From the NCBI GenBank assembly GCA_040225955.1, contig JBECUL010000025.1:1-32135 (forward strand): a DNA stretch of 32,135 nucleotides, in the 5' to 3' direction. Source of the stretch: Candidatus Asgardarchaeum abyssi (GTDB taxonomy: Archaea; Asgardarchaeota; Asgardarchaeia; Asgardarchaeales; Asgardarchaeaceae). Of this stretch, positions 1 through 9,528 are shown piece by piece. The notes below the pieces were generated by a model. That model saw only the letters and a list, made by a program, of their open reading frames with translations, was not told the DNA's origin and did not search any database. Every line of letters starts with the position of its first letter. Within the stretch, counting starts at the first letter, position 1. The position numbers and the translations under genes are program-made.

Positions 1-2
1 AT

Positions 3-59
3 GCGAGAGAAGAGGCTCAAAAGTATGGTATAAGATTAATCGCATCTTATGAACGATGA
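3..59 (+). CDS. 3' end of a gene entering from the left edge (AREEAQKYGIRLIASYER*), possibly a PD-(D/E)XK/Mrr-like C-terminus
   Basis: Open frame from the window edge to TGA at 57-59. The peptide resembles the terminal helix-strand of archaeal restriction-endonuclease-like domains. Confidence 0.3.
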   Translation, partial: AREEAQKYGIRLIASYER

Positions 60-267
60 AGCCAACATAAAAATCAGAGAATATTCTGTCTACCATTGAG
101 ATACATATATTTTTCTCCTCCGTTTGATTGTCTTTATGAGATAACCATTAAAAACCTTCTCGCTTTCTCTGATAAATTCGAAAATGAGTGATATAACATT
201 ATTTTTACTATGGAACACCAATTCAATTCTTCTAATCTTTTAGAGCCCATGACTATAGGAAATTTTT

Positions 268-288
268 AATATAATGGATAATTATATT
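268..288. promoter_or_regulatory. Palindrome at the TA operon promoter, candidate antitoxin operator
   Basis: AATATAAT-GGATA-ATTATATT (8-bp arms) just upstream of the ATG at 293, overlapping a TATA-like TTTTTAAT. It is AT-rich, so chance is possible. Confidence 0.35.
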
Positions 289-292
289 CCAT

Positions 293-592
293 ATGGTGAA
301 AAATATGGAACAAACAGAACTGAGAATTAAAATCGATAAACAAGGTAGACTAGTAATCCCGAGTAGCGTACGTAAAGCCATGGGCATAACTAACGAAACT
401 GAAGGAATACTAAGAGTGAGGGGAAGAAAAATTATCATTGAAATCGTTAAAAATAATGTTAAGGAAAGTGTTGAAAAGTGGTACGAGGAAATGAAAAAGA
501 TGAAAGTTCGAGCCTTCTCCTCGAAAGAAGAAATTCCTATATCAAAATGGATGAGTGATAAATATGCAAAGAAGAAACTTGGACTTCGTTGA
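293..592 (+). CDS. vapB: AbrB/MazE/SpoVT-family antitoxin
   Basis: KIDKQGRLVIPSSVRKAMGI swapped-hairpin signature. Overlaps the downstream PIN gene. Confidence 0.9.
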   Translation: MVKNMEQTELRIKIDKQGRLVIPSSVRKAMGITNETEGILRVRGRKIIIEIVKNNVKESVEKWYEEMKKMKVRAFSSKEEIPISKWMSDKYAKKKLGLR

Positions 593-1046
593 AGGTATCG
601 TGGATGTTGGTATTATCGTAATTGCACATGTAGATAATCCAGCTAGGTCTGAAGCACTAAATTTCTTGAAAAAGGTACTGCTTAGAGAAATTAGGGCGAT
701 AATACCAATATCTGCATTTCTGGGCGCATACTATATTCTCACAAAATATCTTAAAGTCCCTAGATTAGACGCAAAGCGAAGTCTCATAAGGACTCTTGAA
801 GTTGAAACACCCTCATTCCATGAGGATATAAAAGTGGAAAACGTTATAGATGCTCTGGATTATGCCGCTACATATAATATTGAATCATGGGATGGATATT
901 TGATTTCTCTCGCTAAAGATTTCAATACAGATATAATTTACAGTATAGATGAAAACTTTAAGAAAGTCCCTGGAATTGTGCTTATAAATCCAATTTCTGA
1001 TGAAAAGATGAAAGAATATCACAAGTGGATCTCTAATCTAAAATAG
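555..1046 (+). CDS. vapC: PIN-domain toxin (true start possibly TTG at 579)
   Basis: IVDVGIIV (first acidic residue), YNIESWDGYL and IYSIDENF PIN motifs. Coupled to the AbrB gene. Confidence 0.88.
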   Translation: MINMQRRNLDFVEGIVDVGIIVIAHVDNPARSEALNFLKKVLLREIRAIIPISAFLGAYYILTKYLKVPRLDAKRSLIRTLEVETPSFHEDIKVENVIDALDYAATYNIESWDGYLISLAKDFNTDIIYSIDENFKKVPGIVLINPISDEKMKEYHKWISNLK

Positions 1047-1255
1047 TGATTTAACGCTGCAATTTAAAATGCAAAATTGATTTGATTATCGCTGATGCAT
1101 TAAAAACCAGATTTAAAAATAATTATACTGAGGAATGTAAAATGTATCTCATAAAATGTTTTACTCCATGAATAAGAGATTTTCGACAGTCATAGTCACT
1201 ACATTATTATCGAGGATAAGAAAGTTTTTATTGTGTAAAATTAAAATCATACATT

Positions 1256-1705
1256 GTGGTTTTTATGCAAAGCGAGGAAATCGATAAAATCCTCAGAGGG
1301 AAAGCATTGAAAATATACCTTTTACTTCTAAAAAATGGAAATCCTATGGGAGTTCGTGAAATTCAACGCAAGCTAAATTTCTCGACACCCAGTCTTGTTG
1401 TTTATCATTTAAATAAGCTAATCGATTTAGGTATCGTTTCAAAAACGGAAAACGACCTATATTACGCTACCGAGCTTGTCAAAAGCACATATCTCCGGGA
1501 TTTCATTAAAATTAAGGGGTTCATATTTCCGCGTTTCTTGTTCTATTCTGTTTTCTCGACAACAGCACTATTGGTCCTTTTAATAAGATTTAGACCACTT
1601 TATCTGATAGCAGAATACATCTTCTCGGTGGTAATATTATCTATATTTTCTGCTCTGATGTGGGTTGAAACCTATAGATTTTGGAGAAGATACTTCTTAG
1701 AATAA
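1256..1705 (+). CDS. Membrane-anchored winged-HTH (ArsR-like) transcription regulator
   Basis: PMGVREIQRKLNFSTPSLVVYHLNKLIDLGIV HTH followed by two C-terminal hydrophobic helices. Confidence 0.85.
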   Translation: MVFMQSEEIDKILRGKALKIYLLLLKNGNPMGVREIQRKLNFSTPSLVVYHLNKLIDLGIVSKTENDLYYATELVKSTYLRDFIKIKGFIFPRFLFYSVFSTTALLVLLIRFRPLYLIAEYIFSVVILSIFSALMWVETYRFWRRYFLE

Positions 1706-1885
1706 TTAACTTTTTCATTTAAGGATTTTGATGCTTAAGTTTTGGCTAAAATTATTCGCATGTGTAATTATAGCAATATATTTTACATACTCTGTACTTG
1801 CTTAACTACTCGACTCAACATCAAAACATTTTTACAACTCTTAAAGGTAACTGATTTTTAATATTCTTAACTCAATGTTCTAATT

Positions 1886-1905
1886 TTTTGAACATTTGTT
1901 CAAAA
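1886..1905. promoter_or_regulatory. Candidate operator upstream of the DUF3160 gene
   Basis: TTTTGAACA-TT-TGTTCAAAA, perfect 9-bp arms. Confidence 0.5.
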
Positions 1906-1959
1906 GCATAGTATAATATACGGCTTATTTCATACTGTTATTTAGGTTATTAGAGAGTT

Positions 1960-4185
1960 GTGATTATCATGTTTTGGGTCTTATTGAGGAGAATATTTCT
2001 TTATCCTTTAGATGAGATCAAGAAGAGAAGCAAGATTGCGGCGACCACTGCGGTAGCTTCGGTTCTTATTATTATGATTATAGTGGGGTATGCATTTTTG
2101 CCCTATACAGAGCATCTATTTGGTGGTATTAGTGGGCAATTTACTCTGAGGGAACGTGCATTAACCTACGGTATTTCCTTCTTTAGCGGTGATATTAACG
2201 AGATAGATGTGGTGACTGGAAATGTGACGCAGTACAGCTTACCTTTGAACCTTGCAGAGATAGAGAACTATCAAGATCTTCTGGAATTAAATCTTCCTGA
2301 GAGTGTTATAGATAGACTTTTGGAGAACGGATTTGTTGTAACTTTTCTGAACATGCCAGAAGAGTTCTTGATAAGTTTTGCAGACTACTATGAGAATTTG
2401 CCACCAGAATTTCCTAGATTTGTGACCGCTGATATGGTTTTGCATACATTTCATTCTCTCTTTGCGGCACTTCTAATGAACTGTGAAACAGAGTATTTCA
2501 TTCCCTGGTTAAATATAACGTTCAAAGAATTATTACAGAAGGCAATTCAGCTTTATCTTAATGACCCAATGACATCGGAAATCGTGAGTGAGGCTATTAT
2601 TCGGTTAATTGCATATCTTATTGTGCCTCTAAAGCTTTTGGATCCTAATTACAATTTGCCATCAAATACACCAAGCGTTGCAGTAGCTATGGCATCCGAG
2701 GAGTTAGAAAAAATTTATAATCATGTAGGAATTGAGGAATCTGCAATTTTAGAGCACCGTGAAGATTATACACAATACGTTCCTAGAGGCTACTATACCG
2801 TAAATGAAAGCCTTTCAAGATATTTCCTAGCAGCGATGTATCTTGGCAGAATGTATTTTCCTGTAGTAATGCCCTTGAACGAAACATTTGCTGATGTTGC
2901 AACTATTGCAGCTTTTCTTCTAACAAACCTTGTTTATAATACAAAGAATATATTAACTCACACAGGAGAGCTTTCTGCATTTGAAATATATGAGCGAATT
3001 TATCATATCATTGCATTTTTCGTAGGATATTCAGATGATTTGACATTTTATGATTATAAATTCGTTCTGGATACAATTTACGGGCAAAACGTTTCTTTGA
3101 ATGACTTTGCAGATGATGACAAGCTACAAGTTGCACAATCAAAACTCATAGAACTAGATCACTCAAGGATATCCGCAGTAGGATATCGATATAGTATTGA
3201 GGAGGTAGGATTACGCTTTCTTGGGCAACGTTTTATTTTGGACTCCTATGTTTTTCAAAAATTAGTATATCCAGAAGTGTTCGACCGATATATGCCAACG
3301 GCACTTGACATAGCCGCAGTATTTGGTTCTGAAAGAGCAAGAGAGCATCTTAGCCCAGAGCTAAATTCGATACCACAATATAAGGAAAAATTGAAGAATG
3401 TTTCAGCAGAATTAAAAACTCTCAATGTTACGGCTTGGACATGGAACTTGTATAATGGATGGCTCTATACTATAAATGCCACACTTAAGGAAAATTATAC
3501 TGGATACCCAACTTTCATGCAGACCGATGCATGGAAAGATGAAAAATTGTCAACGTTTTTCGGTTCGTGGACCGAGCTGCGACATGATACAATATTATAT
3601 GCAAAGCAATCTTACACACGTCTCACGGCTATAATTCCTGAATCGAGAAGAGGATATATTGAGCCTTTACCTTTGCTTTGGTCCAGATTAAAAGGTCTAG
3701 TGCTTCAGATGAAAAATGGTCTCAAGGCACTTGGTGTTCTTCCCGAAGAATACGAGGAAAAACTTAACTCTTTCTATGAAAAGTTAGACTTTTTGCTTGC
3801 AATGTCAATTAAAGAGTTAAAGAATATTCCTTTGAATGAAACTGAAAATACTATGATTTATTACTTCCACAATTGGCTTAGTGACATAATGTACGGCATA
3901 CATACTGTGCATCAAAAAACAACACTTATAGCGGATGTTCATACGGATCCGAATACAGAGCAAGTCCTAGAAGAAGGTGTTGGTTACATTCATTTATTAA
4001 TCGTAGTCTATCCAAAACCAGATGGTACACTTGAAATTGCTATGGGACCTGTATTTTCCTATTATGAATTCACTCGAAGTATGTCGTTAGGAAGATTAAC
4101 TGATGAAGCATGGGCTGACATGCTTAGGTCGGGAGAAGCACCGTCATATCCTTCATGGACGAGTTCGTATCTTGTTCCACCATGA
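1960..4185 (+). CDS. DUF3160-family membrane-anchored/secreted protein
   Basis: EDYTQYVPRGYY, SWTELRHDTILYAKQSY, IADVHTDP, GPVFSYYEF and RLTDEAW motifs, with an N-terminal TM helix. Confidence 0.9.
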   Translation: MIIMFWVLLRRIFLYPLDEIKKRSKIAATTAVASVLIIMIIVGYAFLPYTEHLFGGISGQFTLRERALTYGISFFSGDINEIDVVTGNVTQYSLPLNLAEIENYQDLLELNLPESVIDRLLENGFVVTFLNMPEEFLISFADYYENLPPEFPRFVTADMVLHTFHSLFAALLMNCETEYFIPWLNITFKELLQKAIQLYLNDPMTSEIVSEAIIRLIAYLIVPLKLLDPNYNLPSNTPSVAVAMASEELEKIYNHVGIEESAILEHREDYTQYVPRGYYTVNESLSRYFLAAMYLGRMYFPVVMPLNETFADVATIAAFLLTNLVYNTKNILTHTGELSAFEIYERIYHIIAFFVGYSDDLTFYDYKFVLDTIYGQNVSLNDFADDDKLQVAQSKLIELDHSRISAVGYRYSIEEVGLRFLGQRFILDSYVFQKLVYPEVFDRYMPTALDIAAVFGSERAREHLSPELNSIPQYKEKLKNVSAELKTLNVTAWTWNLYNGWLYTINATLKENYTGYPTFMQTDAWKDEKLSTFFGSWTELRHDTILYAKQSYTRLTAIIPESRRGYIEPLPLLWSRLKGLVLQMKNGLKALGVLPEEYEEKLNSFYEKLDFLLAMSIKELKNIPLNETENTMIYYFHNWLSDIMYGIHTVHQKTTLIADVHTDPNTEQVLEEGVGYIHLLIVVYPKPDGTLEIAMGPVFSYYEFTRSMSLGRLTDEAWADMLRSGEAPSYPSWTSSYLVPP

Positions 4186-4194
4186 TTTTATAAT

Positions 4195-4208
4195 ATTTTT
4201 TGTTTTTT
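4195..4208 (+). terminator. Oligo-T archaeal-type terminator
   Basis: T7-G-T6 tract just after the stop at 4185. Confidence 0.5.
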
Positions 4209-4303
4209 CAATTGAAAGATCTAACTAATTAGGGTTTGACAAATGGGCAAAAAGACTATAATTGACGTTGAAGTTATAGTTCTTGTATGCTCATAAAGTT
4301 TTT

Positions 4304-5428
4304 TCATACAGGAGCTGAAGAGTGTAAAAAATTCATTTTACATTTTTTTGTAGTGGAAATCTTAAAAATGGCCAAGCGATCTACTTCTGCTAATTGCAGT
4401 GAGATAGACCACTGATAATCTCCCGGATTAATATTTATACCTGGTAGAGACATACTTTTGCTTGAGCTAGTAACTTTTTCCAGAAAGCTTGTATCTATTA
4501 TTTCCGACGCGTTAAATTTCTCTATGTATCCTAGTTCTGTCATGAAGTCGATCAACTCTTGAATTGCTGTTTCATTTATTTGATTTGTATAATTAATTCT
4601 ACTCATGGAATCTAAAATTACATCTTTTGTGGTTTCTAGCTTGGTTGCTAAAATTTGTGCTGTTTCATCTTGATGTTCTTTAAGCCAGTCTGTTGCAAAA
4701 ACAGTTAGGTTAACAAGTCTTTCAATAGCCTCAGGGTACTTATCAATTAGCTCTTGCTTCACAACGAGAGCACTTCCAGGCATGTATGGCCAGATATCTT
4801 GACTTTTTATGAGAATATCAAAGCCAAAAGATTTTGCAATAGCAACATAATGTTCAGGAACTGCGATAGCATCAACTTGATGTTCTCTTATTGCATTAAT
4901 CTGGTCCATGGGCTTCATCCGTAAAATCGTAATATTATTTAGGTTGTATTTTTCGATTACTTTGTTGAGTAGCAAGTCAGCCATACTACCTTCTCTGACA
5001 CATCCAATCTTTTTACCCTCTAAATCATAAACCGACTTTATTATACTCTTATTTACAACTATTGCATATCCGTATTCATGTGTCATTGCAACAATTCTCA
5101 AGTTAATTCCTCTTTTATAGGAAACAATTGCTGGTCCAACGCAAAGCCATGCAACTTGAATATCTCCTCTTGCAATTGCAGCTGCCAATGCAATTCCCGT
5201 TGCATAGCTTTCAAAGGTAGTTAAATTCAGTCCTATATTTTCAAACCAACCTTTTTCGTAAGATATCCATGCAGCAGCAGCGTGATCATTAAACTCAACT
5301 GCCATGCCAACAGAATACATTCGTTTTTGCTCACTTAAAAACCAGATGATAGTTACTCCAGTTGCACTTATTAAGCCTAAAATAATTAATGCCAGAATTA
5401 TTTTCTTTGTAGGAATCACTATTGTCAC
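4304..5428 (-). CDS. ABC transporter substrate-binding protein, SsuA/TauA/NMT1-like (start possibly GTG at 5419)
   Basis: N-terminal TM anchor and the motifs EKGWFENIGL, GDIQVAW, DLEGKKIG and VDAIAVPEH. No permease or ATPase adjacent. Confidence 0.85.
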   Translation of the reverse strand: MTIVIPTKKIILALIILGLISATGVTIIWFLSEQKRMYSVGMAVEFNDHAAAAWISYEKGWFENIGLNLTTFESYATGIALAAAIARGDIQVAWLCVGPAIVSYKRGINLRIVAMTHEYGYAIVVNKSIIKSVYDLEGKKIGCVREGSMADLLLNKVIEKYNLNNITILRMKPMDQINAIREHQVDAIAVPEHYVAIAKSFGFDILIKSQDIWPYMPGSALVVKQELIDKYPEAIERLVNLTVFATDWLKEHQDETAQILATKLETTKDVILDSMSRINYTNQINETAIQELIDFMTELGYIEKFNASEIIDTSFLEKVTSSSKSMSLPGININPGDYQWSISLQLAEVDRLAIFKISTTKKCKMNFLHSSAPV

Positions 5429-5715
5429 CTCTGTACGGTATTGGATTGCCGATCTGTGATATAAACATTTGTTAATAGAAGAAACTTAAAACTAAACATC
5501 ATTATTTAACATGAGGATGATTTCAGATTGTTCATGGCGATATATAGAAGAACATCTTATGTCAATATTATTGGCTTAGCGATGAATTATAAATCGCATT
5601 ACTACACATTAATTTTATTATTATTTTGAACTTTTTATAAAAATAATAAAATCATTTTTCATATAATCAACTTACAATAAAACCTTTTTATATCTTAGAG
5701 ATAATAATCACTACG

Positions 5716-7503
5716 ATGGTCAGAATGTCAATATCAGCCGCTTTAATAAAGAAATTACATTTCCTTAAGCGTTGGGCTTTGTTAGCCGCCGTAATCGGTG
5801 TTGTCTCCGGTCTCGGTGCCGTCCTGTTCTATTATTTACTTATGCTAAGTACTTCCTTCTTCTTAGGGTATATTATTAATTATTCTCCCCCAACAGCAGG
5901 TGGTGAAGTTGGAATTCTACAACAAAATAATCAATGTAGATGGATGCTCTTACCCTTTGTTACAATGATTGGTGGACTTATCTCGGGTGTTTTGGTATAT
6001 CACTGGGCTCCAGAAGCTGAGGGGCACGGCACGGATGCTGTAATTTCTGCGTTTCATAGGTCCAAAGGAATTATTAGAAAAAGAGTGCCTTTAATAAAGG
6101 CCTTATCATCAGCTGCACTTATAGGCTCTGGTGGTAGTGCTGGTCGAGAAGGACCAATAGCACAAATTGGGGCTGGCTTTGGCTCTTGGCTTGCCACGGC
6201 ACTCAATCTTAGCGACCGAGATAGAAGAATTGCTGTCATTTGCGGAACTGCTGCTGGCATTGGAAGTATTTTTAAAGCTCCTCTAGGCGGGGCAATATTT
6301 GCGATTGAAGTGCTCTACAAGCATGATGTAGAAGCAGAAGCTCTAATTCCCTCATTTATATCTTCTACTATTGCATATTCCATCTTTGCTTTATTTTTTG
6401 GATTTGATCCTATATTTGACACACCACCTTATAGTTTTACAGATGTTTTCGAGCTTGTATTTTTCATAATTTTAGGAGTAATATGTGCCCCCATAGCAAT
6501 TCTTTACATTAAAGTGTTTTATGGAGTTCGGGATAACTTCTTCGGACGATTACATATCCCCATGCATATAAAACCAGCTTTAGGAGGTTTTGTAGTTGGT
6601 ACAATGGCTCTTATAACTCCTGAAGTTCTTTGCTCTGGATATGGGTGGATCCAATTAGCGATAAACGGAGAAATGATTTTGTCAATAATGATAATACTTA
6701 TTTTTGCTAAGATTATCGCAACGGCGTTTACTATTGGTTCTGGAGGAAGTGGTGGTGTATTTGCACCTTCTATTTTCATAGGAGCTATGATCGGTGGTGC
6801 ATTTGGCATATTTCTTAAAATGATATTCCCAAATATACCATTAAGTCCAGGAGCTATGGCTCTAGTTGGCATGGCTGCATTCCTTACAGGTGCTGCAAAA
6901 GTACCAGTTGCATCAATAATAATGATTTCAGAGATGACTGGCAACTATAATCTCTTAGTTCCTCTTATTATCGCTTGTGCCGTTTCATACATTTTTTCAG
7001 GGACTTACACAATTTATGAAAAGCAAGTACCTACAAGAGCTCATTCTCCAGTTCATCGCGGCGAATTTACAGTTGATATTTTAGAGAAAATAACAGTTGA
7101 AAAGGTCATGGCTAGGGATGTGATAACGGTAACTCCCGAGACAACGGTCTATGAGGTATCAGAGCTTATTAGCAAAACTGGGCATTTAGGATATCCAGTT
7201 ATCAAAGATGGAAAACTTGTAGGTATTGTCACGTATGCTGATGTAATTAGAGTTCCTATGGAAGATATTAAAAAAGTAAAAGTCGGAGATATAATGTCAC
7301 ATAGACTCATAACTATAACTCCTAAAGAAAATCTGTGCTCTGCACTTAGAAAGATGTATGAATATAAACATGGGCATCTTCCAGTTGTAGATCCTGAGGA
7401 TCCCACTCATCTTGTTGGAATGATCACCAAAAATGACATAATTCGAGGGCATGAAGTAATTCGAAGAGTGGTTCGTAGAAGGTTTACTCGCAAACACCGT
7501 TAA
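5716..7503 (+). CDS. clc: ClC chloride channel/transporter with C-terminal CBS pair
   Basis: GSAGREGP, FKAPLGGAIFAIEV and GGSGGVFAP motifs, many TM helices, two CBS repeats. Confidence 0.95.
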   Translation: MVRMSISAALIKKLHFLKRWALLAAVIGVVSGLGAVLFYYLLMLSTSFFLGYIINYSPPTAGGEVGILQQNNQCRWMLLPFVTMIGGLISGVLVYHWAPEAEGHGTDAVISAFHRSKGIIRKRVPLIKALSSAALIGSGGSAGREGPIAQIGAGFGSWLATALNLSDRDRRIAVICGTAAGIGSIFKAPLGGAIFAIEVLYKHDVEAEALIPSFISSTIAYSIFALFFGFDPIFDTPPYSFTDVFELVFFIILGVICAPIAILYIKVFYGVRDNFFGRLHIPMHIKPALGGFVVGTMALITPEVLCSGYGWIQLAINGEMILSIMIILIFAKIIATAFTIGSGGSGGVFAPSIFIGAMIGGAFGIFLKMIFPNIPLSPGAMALVGMAAFLTGAAKVPVASIIMISEMTGNYNLLVPLIIACAVSYIFSGTYTIYEKQVPTRAHSPVHRGEFTVDILEKITVEKVMARDVITVTPETTVYEVSELISKTGHLGYPVIKDGKLVGIVTYADVIRVPMEDIKKVKVGDIMSHRLITITPKENLCSALRKMYEYKHGHLPVVDPEDPTHLVGMITKNDIIRGHEVIRRVVRRRFTRKHR

Positions 7504-7603
7504 TTAATTCAGAAATTCAACAATTCAAAATCATTATATTATATATTAATAATATAAAAGAATATTAGAAAGTAATAAAAATTAGTAATGCAGAGGAATT
7601 AAC

Positions 7604-8452
7604 TTGCTACGAAGAATAATGATTCTTTTAAACAGACCAGACATATTTACGGTTGTTTTTATTATCTGCGGTATTATCTTTGCAAAATTATACTGCGAAG
7701 AGCCAGTAATATTCTTTATTGGCTCTATTCTTGTTTTTGTTATACCGCTGTCTATAAGAGTCACTACGTTAAGATATCTAAAAGCTAAGGAGATTACGAA
7801 TACATCTAAATATATTGATAAATTAAAGTTGATAAATGAGATCTTAAAGGAATACGAGAAATTAACAGGCATATCATTTAATGTTAAAGTTGTAGCAATT
7901 AATGAACCTAATCTTACAGCGAACATTTTCACCTCAAGTCTATACGTAACTAAAGGATTTTTGGATAACATGGATATACTCACAAGAGATGAGATAAAAG
8001 CAATTTTAGGGCACGAGATAGGCCATAAAATACGAATGGGGGATATTATTCTTCAAACAGCATTCCCCCCTCTGTTTTCCATATTCATGATGATTGTTGC
8101 GTTTTTTGTAATTTCCTTTTTATATGTTCTCTTCTGGAGACTTCTTCCTCTATATTTAATTTTTGACAATATCGAATTATTACTTTCCTTCATAATCTAT
8201 GTATCATATTATCTTTCCTTTTTTAGCGTCTCAAGGTATAAAGAGTATAAAGCTGATGAAGAGAGTATTAAACTGGGGAATGAGAAGCACCACTTGGTAT
8301 CGGCTCTTAGAAAGCTTGAAGCTTTATGGGTGAGAAAAGAAAAAAGATATGGCAGAATATTAAGTTTTTTAGACAACCTATTTAACACCCATCCAAGAAT
8401 TAGAGACAGAATAAAGAGAATCAACGATCTCCAGCGGAGTCACATCATCTGA
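7604..8452 (+). CDS. M48-family (HtpX-like) membrane zinc metalloprotease
   Basis: HEIGH zinc motif, EYKADE third ligand, NTHPRIRDRI C-terminal motif, four TM segments. Confidence 0.9.
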   Translation: MLRRIMILLNRPDIFTVVFIICGIIFAKLYCEEPVIFFIGSILVFVIPLSIRVTTLRYLKAKEITNTSKYIDKLKLINEILKEYEKLTGISFNVKVVAINEPNLTANIFTSSLYVTKGFLDNMDILTRDEIKAILGHEIGHKIRMGDIILQTAFPPLFSIFMMIVAFFVISFLYVLFWRLLPLYLIFDNIELLLSFIIYVSYYLSFFSVSRYKEYKADEESIKLGNEKHHLVSALRKLEALWVRKEKRYGRILSFLDNLFNTHPRIRDRIKRINDLQRSHII

Positions 8453-9401
8453 TCCTATATTGCTCGAACTTTATTTTGTTATTGACCAAGTAAGGATAAA
8501 CTACGAGCGTGTAAAACTCAATATTGTTGTTTCTCCCTATTAATTCCTTAATTGCGGGAATATCAATCTTTTTTAACCCACTTTCTGAACTTTTCACTTC
8601 GTACAATAATACTTTATTGATAAATCCCCACTCATCTCGAGAAATTACCAAGATATCACAACGATATTTAGTTGTTACTAAGAAGTCTAAGAGATTTAAA
8701 TGTCTTTTTATCTTATTAGCAACTTTGTCAAGCATATTTCTCTTTATAATGTATGCTGCATTAAGAGGATTAATCAATAGAAGAAGCTTTACATCTTCCT
8801 GTTCAAGAATGTCTTTATTATTCTCAATTATTCTAATCCATATCTCTCTTATCGTCTTACGTCTCTCAGACGGCTTTAATTTGTCATCTATATTAAATAA
8901 AGATGAGAAGATTTGCTCATCAAAGGTTATATCTATATTTTTGATGCCTCTTAATATATCATTAGATGATACATTTTGTATATTCTTCATTAGCAAGGAC
9001 TTGAACTCGTTTTTCTTCAGATTATAGATATTTTCTTTTGCCTTATCAAATATCGTTTGAGGCAACGAAATCAAGTGTGCATAAGGACAGAAGAAACCAT
9101 GTACCTCCTTTATACAATTAGATGAAGGAAGAGATGGCATTTCTATGCGTGATTTTACTTTTATTGTAATGAAATTCTTCTGTGCATCGCCTAAACTATT
9201 ATATTTTTCAGATTTATCAATAATAACTGATCTTTTAGGATATTCGATCCTTAAATATGGTTGCCAAAGTATATTATAATACCCGTTAAGATCATTAATA
9301 ATAAGCAAATATGCTAAGATTTCAGCCATGAAACCTTTAAAAACACTAAGTTGTTTCATATACTCTATGTTAAGGTACCCACTTCTTATCCTTGCAAGCA
9401 T
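8445..9401 (-). CDS. Putative PD-(D/E)XK-fold nuclease with a ~200-aa insertion
   Basis: N-terminal KGFMAE helix and C-terminal RCDILV...LLYEVKSS (D...ExK) core. Confidence 0.55.
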   Translation of the reverse strand: MLARIRSGYLNIEYMKQLSVFKGFMAEILAYLLIINDLNGYYNILWQPYLRIEYPKRSVIIDKSEKYNSLGDAQKNFITIKVKSRIEMPSLPSSNCIKEVHGFFCPYAHLISLPQTIFDKAKENIYNLKKNEFKSLLMKNIQNVSSNDILRGIKNIDITFDEQIFSSLFNIDDKLKPSERRKTIREIWIRIIENNKDILEQEDVKLLLLINPLNAAYIIKRNMLDKVANKIKRHLNLLDFLVTTKYRCDILVISRDEWGFINKVLLYEVKSSESGLKKIDIPAIKELIGRNNNIEFYTLVVYPYLVNNKIKFEQYRIR

Positions 9402-9528
9402 GTTGCATCAAGATTTACATATAGGTTATTTTGATATTTATTATTTCTGTCGTATTTGTCATTTTCTGATAATCAAAACCAATAGATTTATTTTCCTTAT
9501 TGAGACATATTTAACAGAGTTATATACA

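Noticed and set aside
6054-7983. Minus-strand ORFs inside the ClC and M48 genes
   Set aside because: Antisense shadows of well-supported genes with no motifs.
9328-9528. N-terminal 67 aa of the 374-aa ORF call
   Set aside because: Overlaps the opposite-strand nuclease gene and the AT-rich promoter region. AGOG similarity begins only after Met at 9529.
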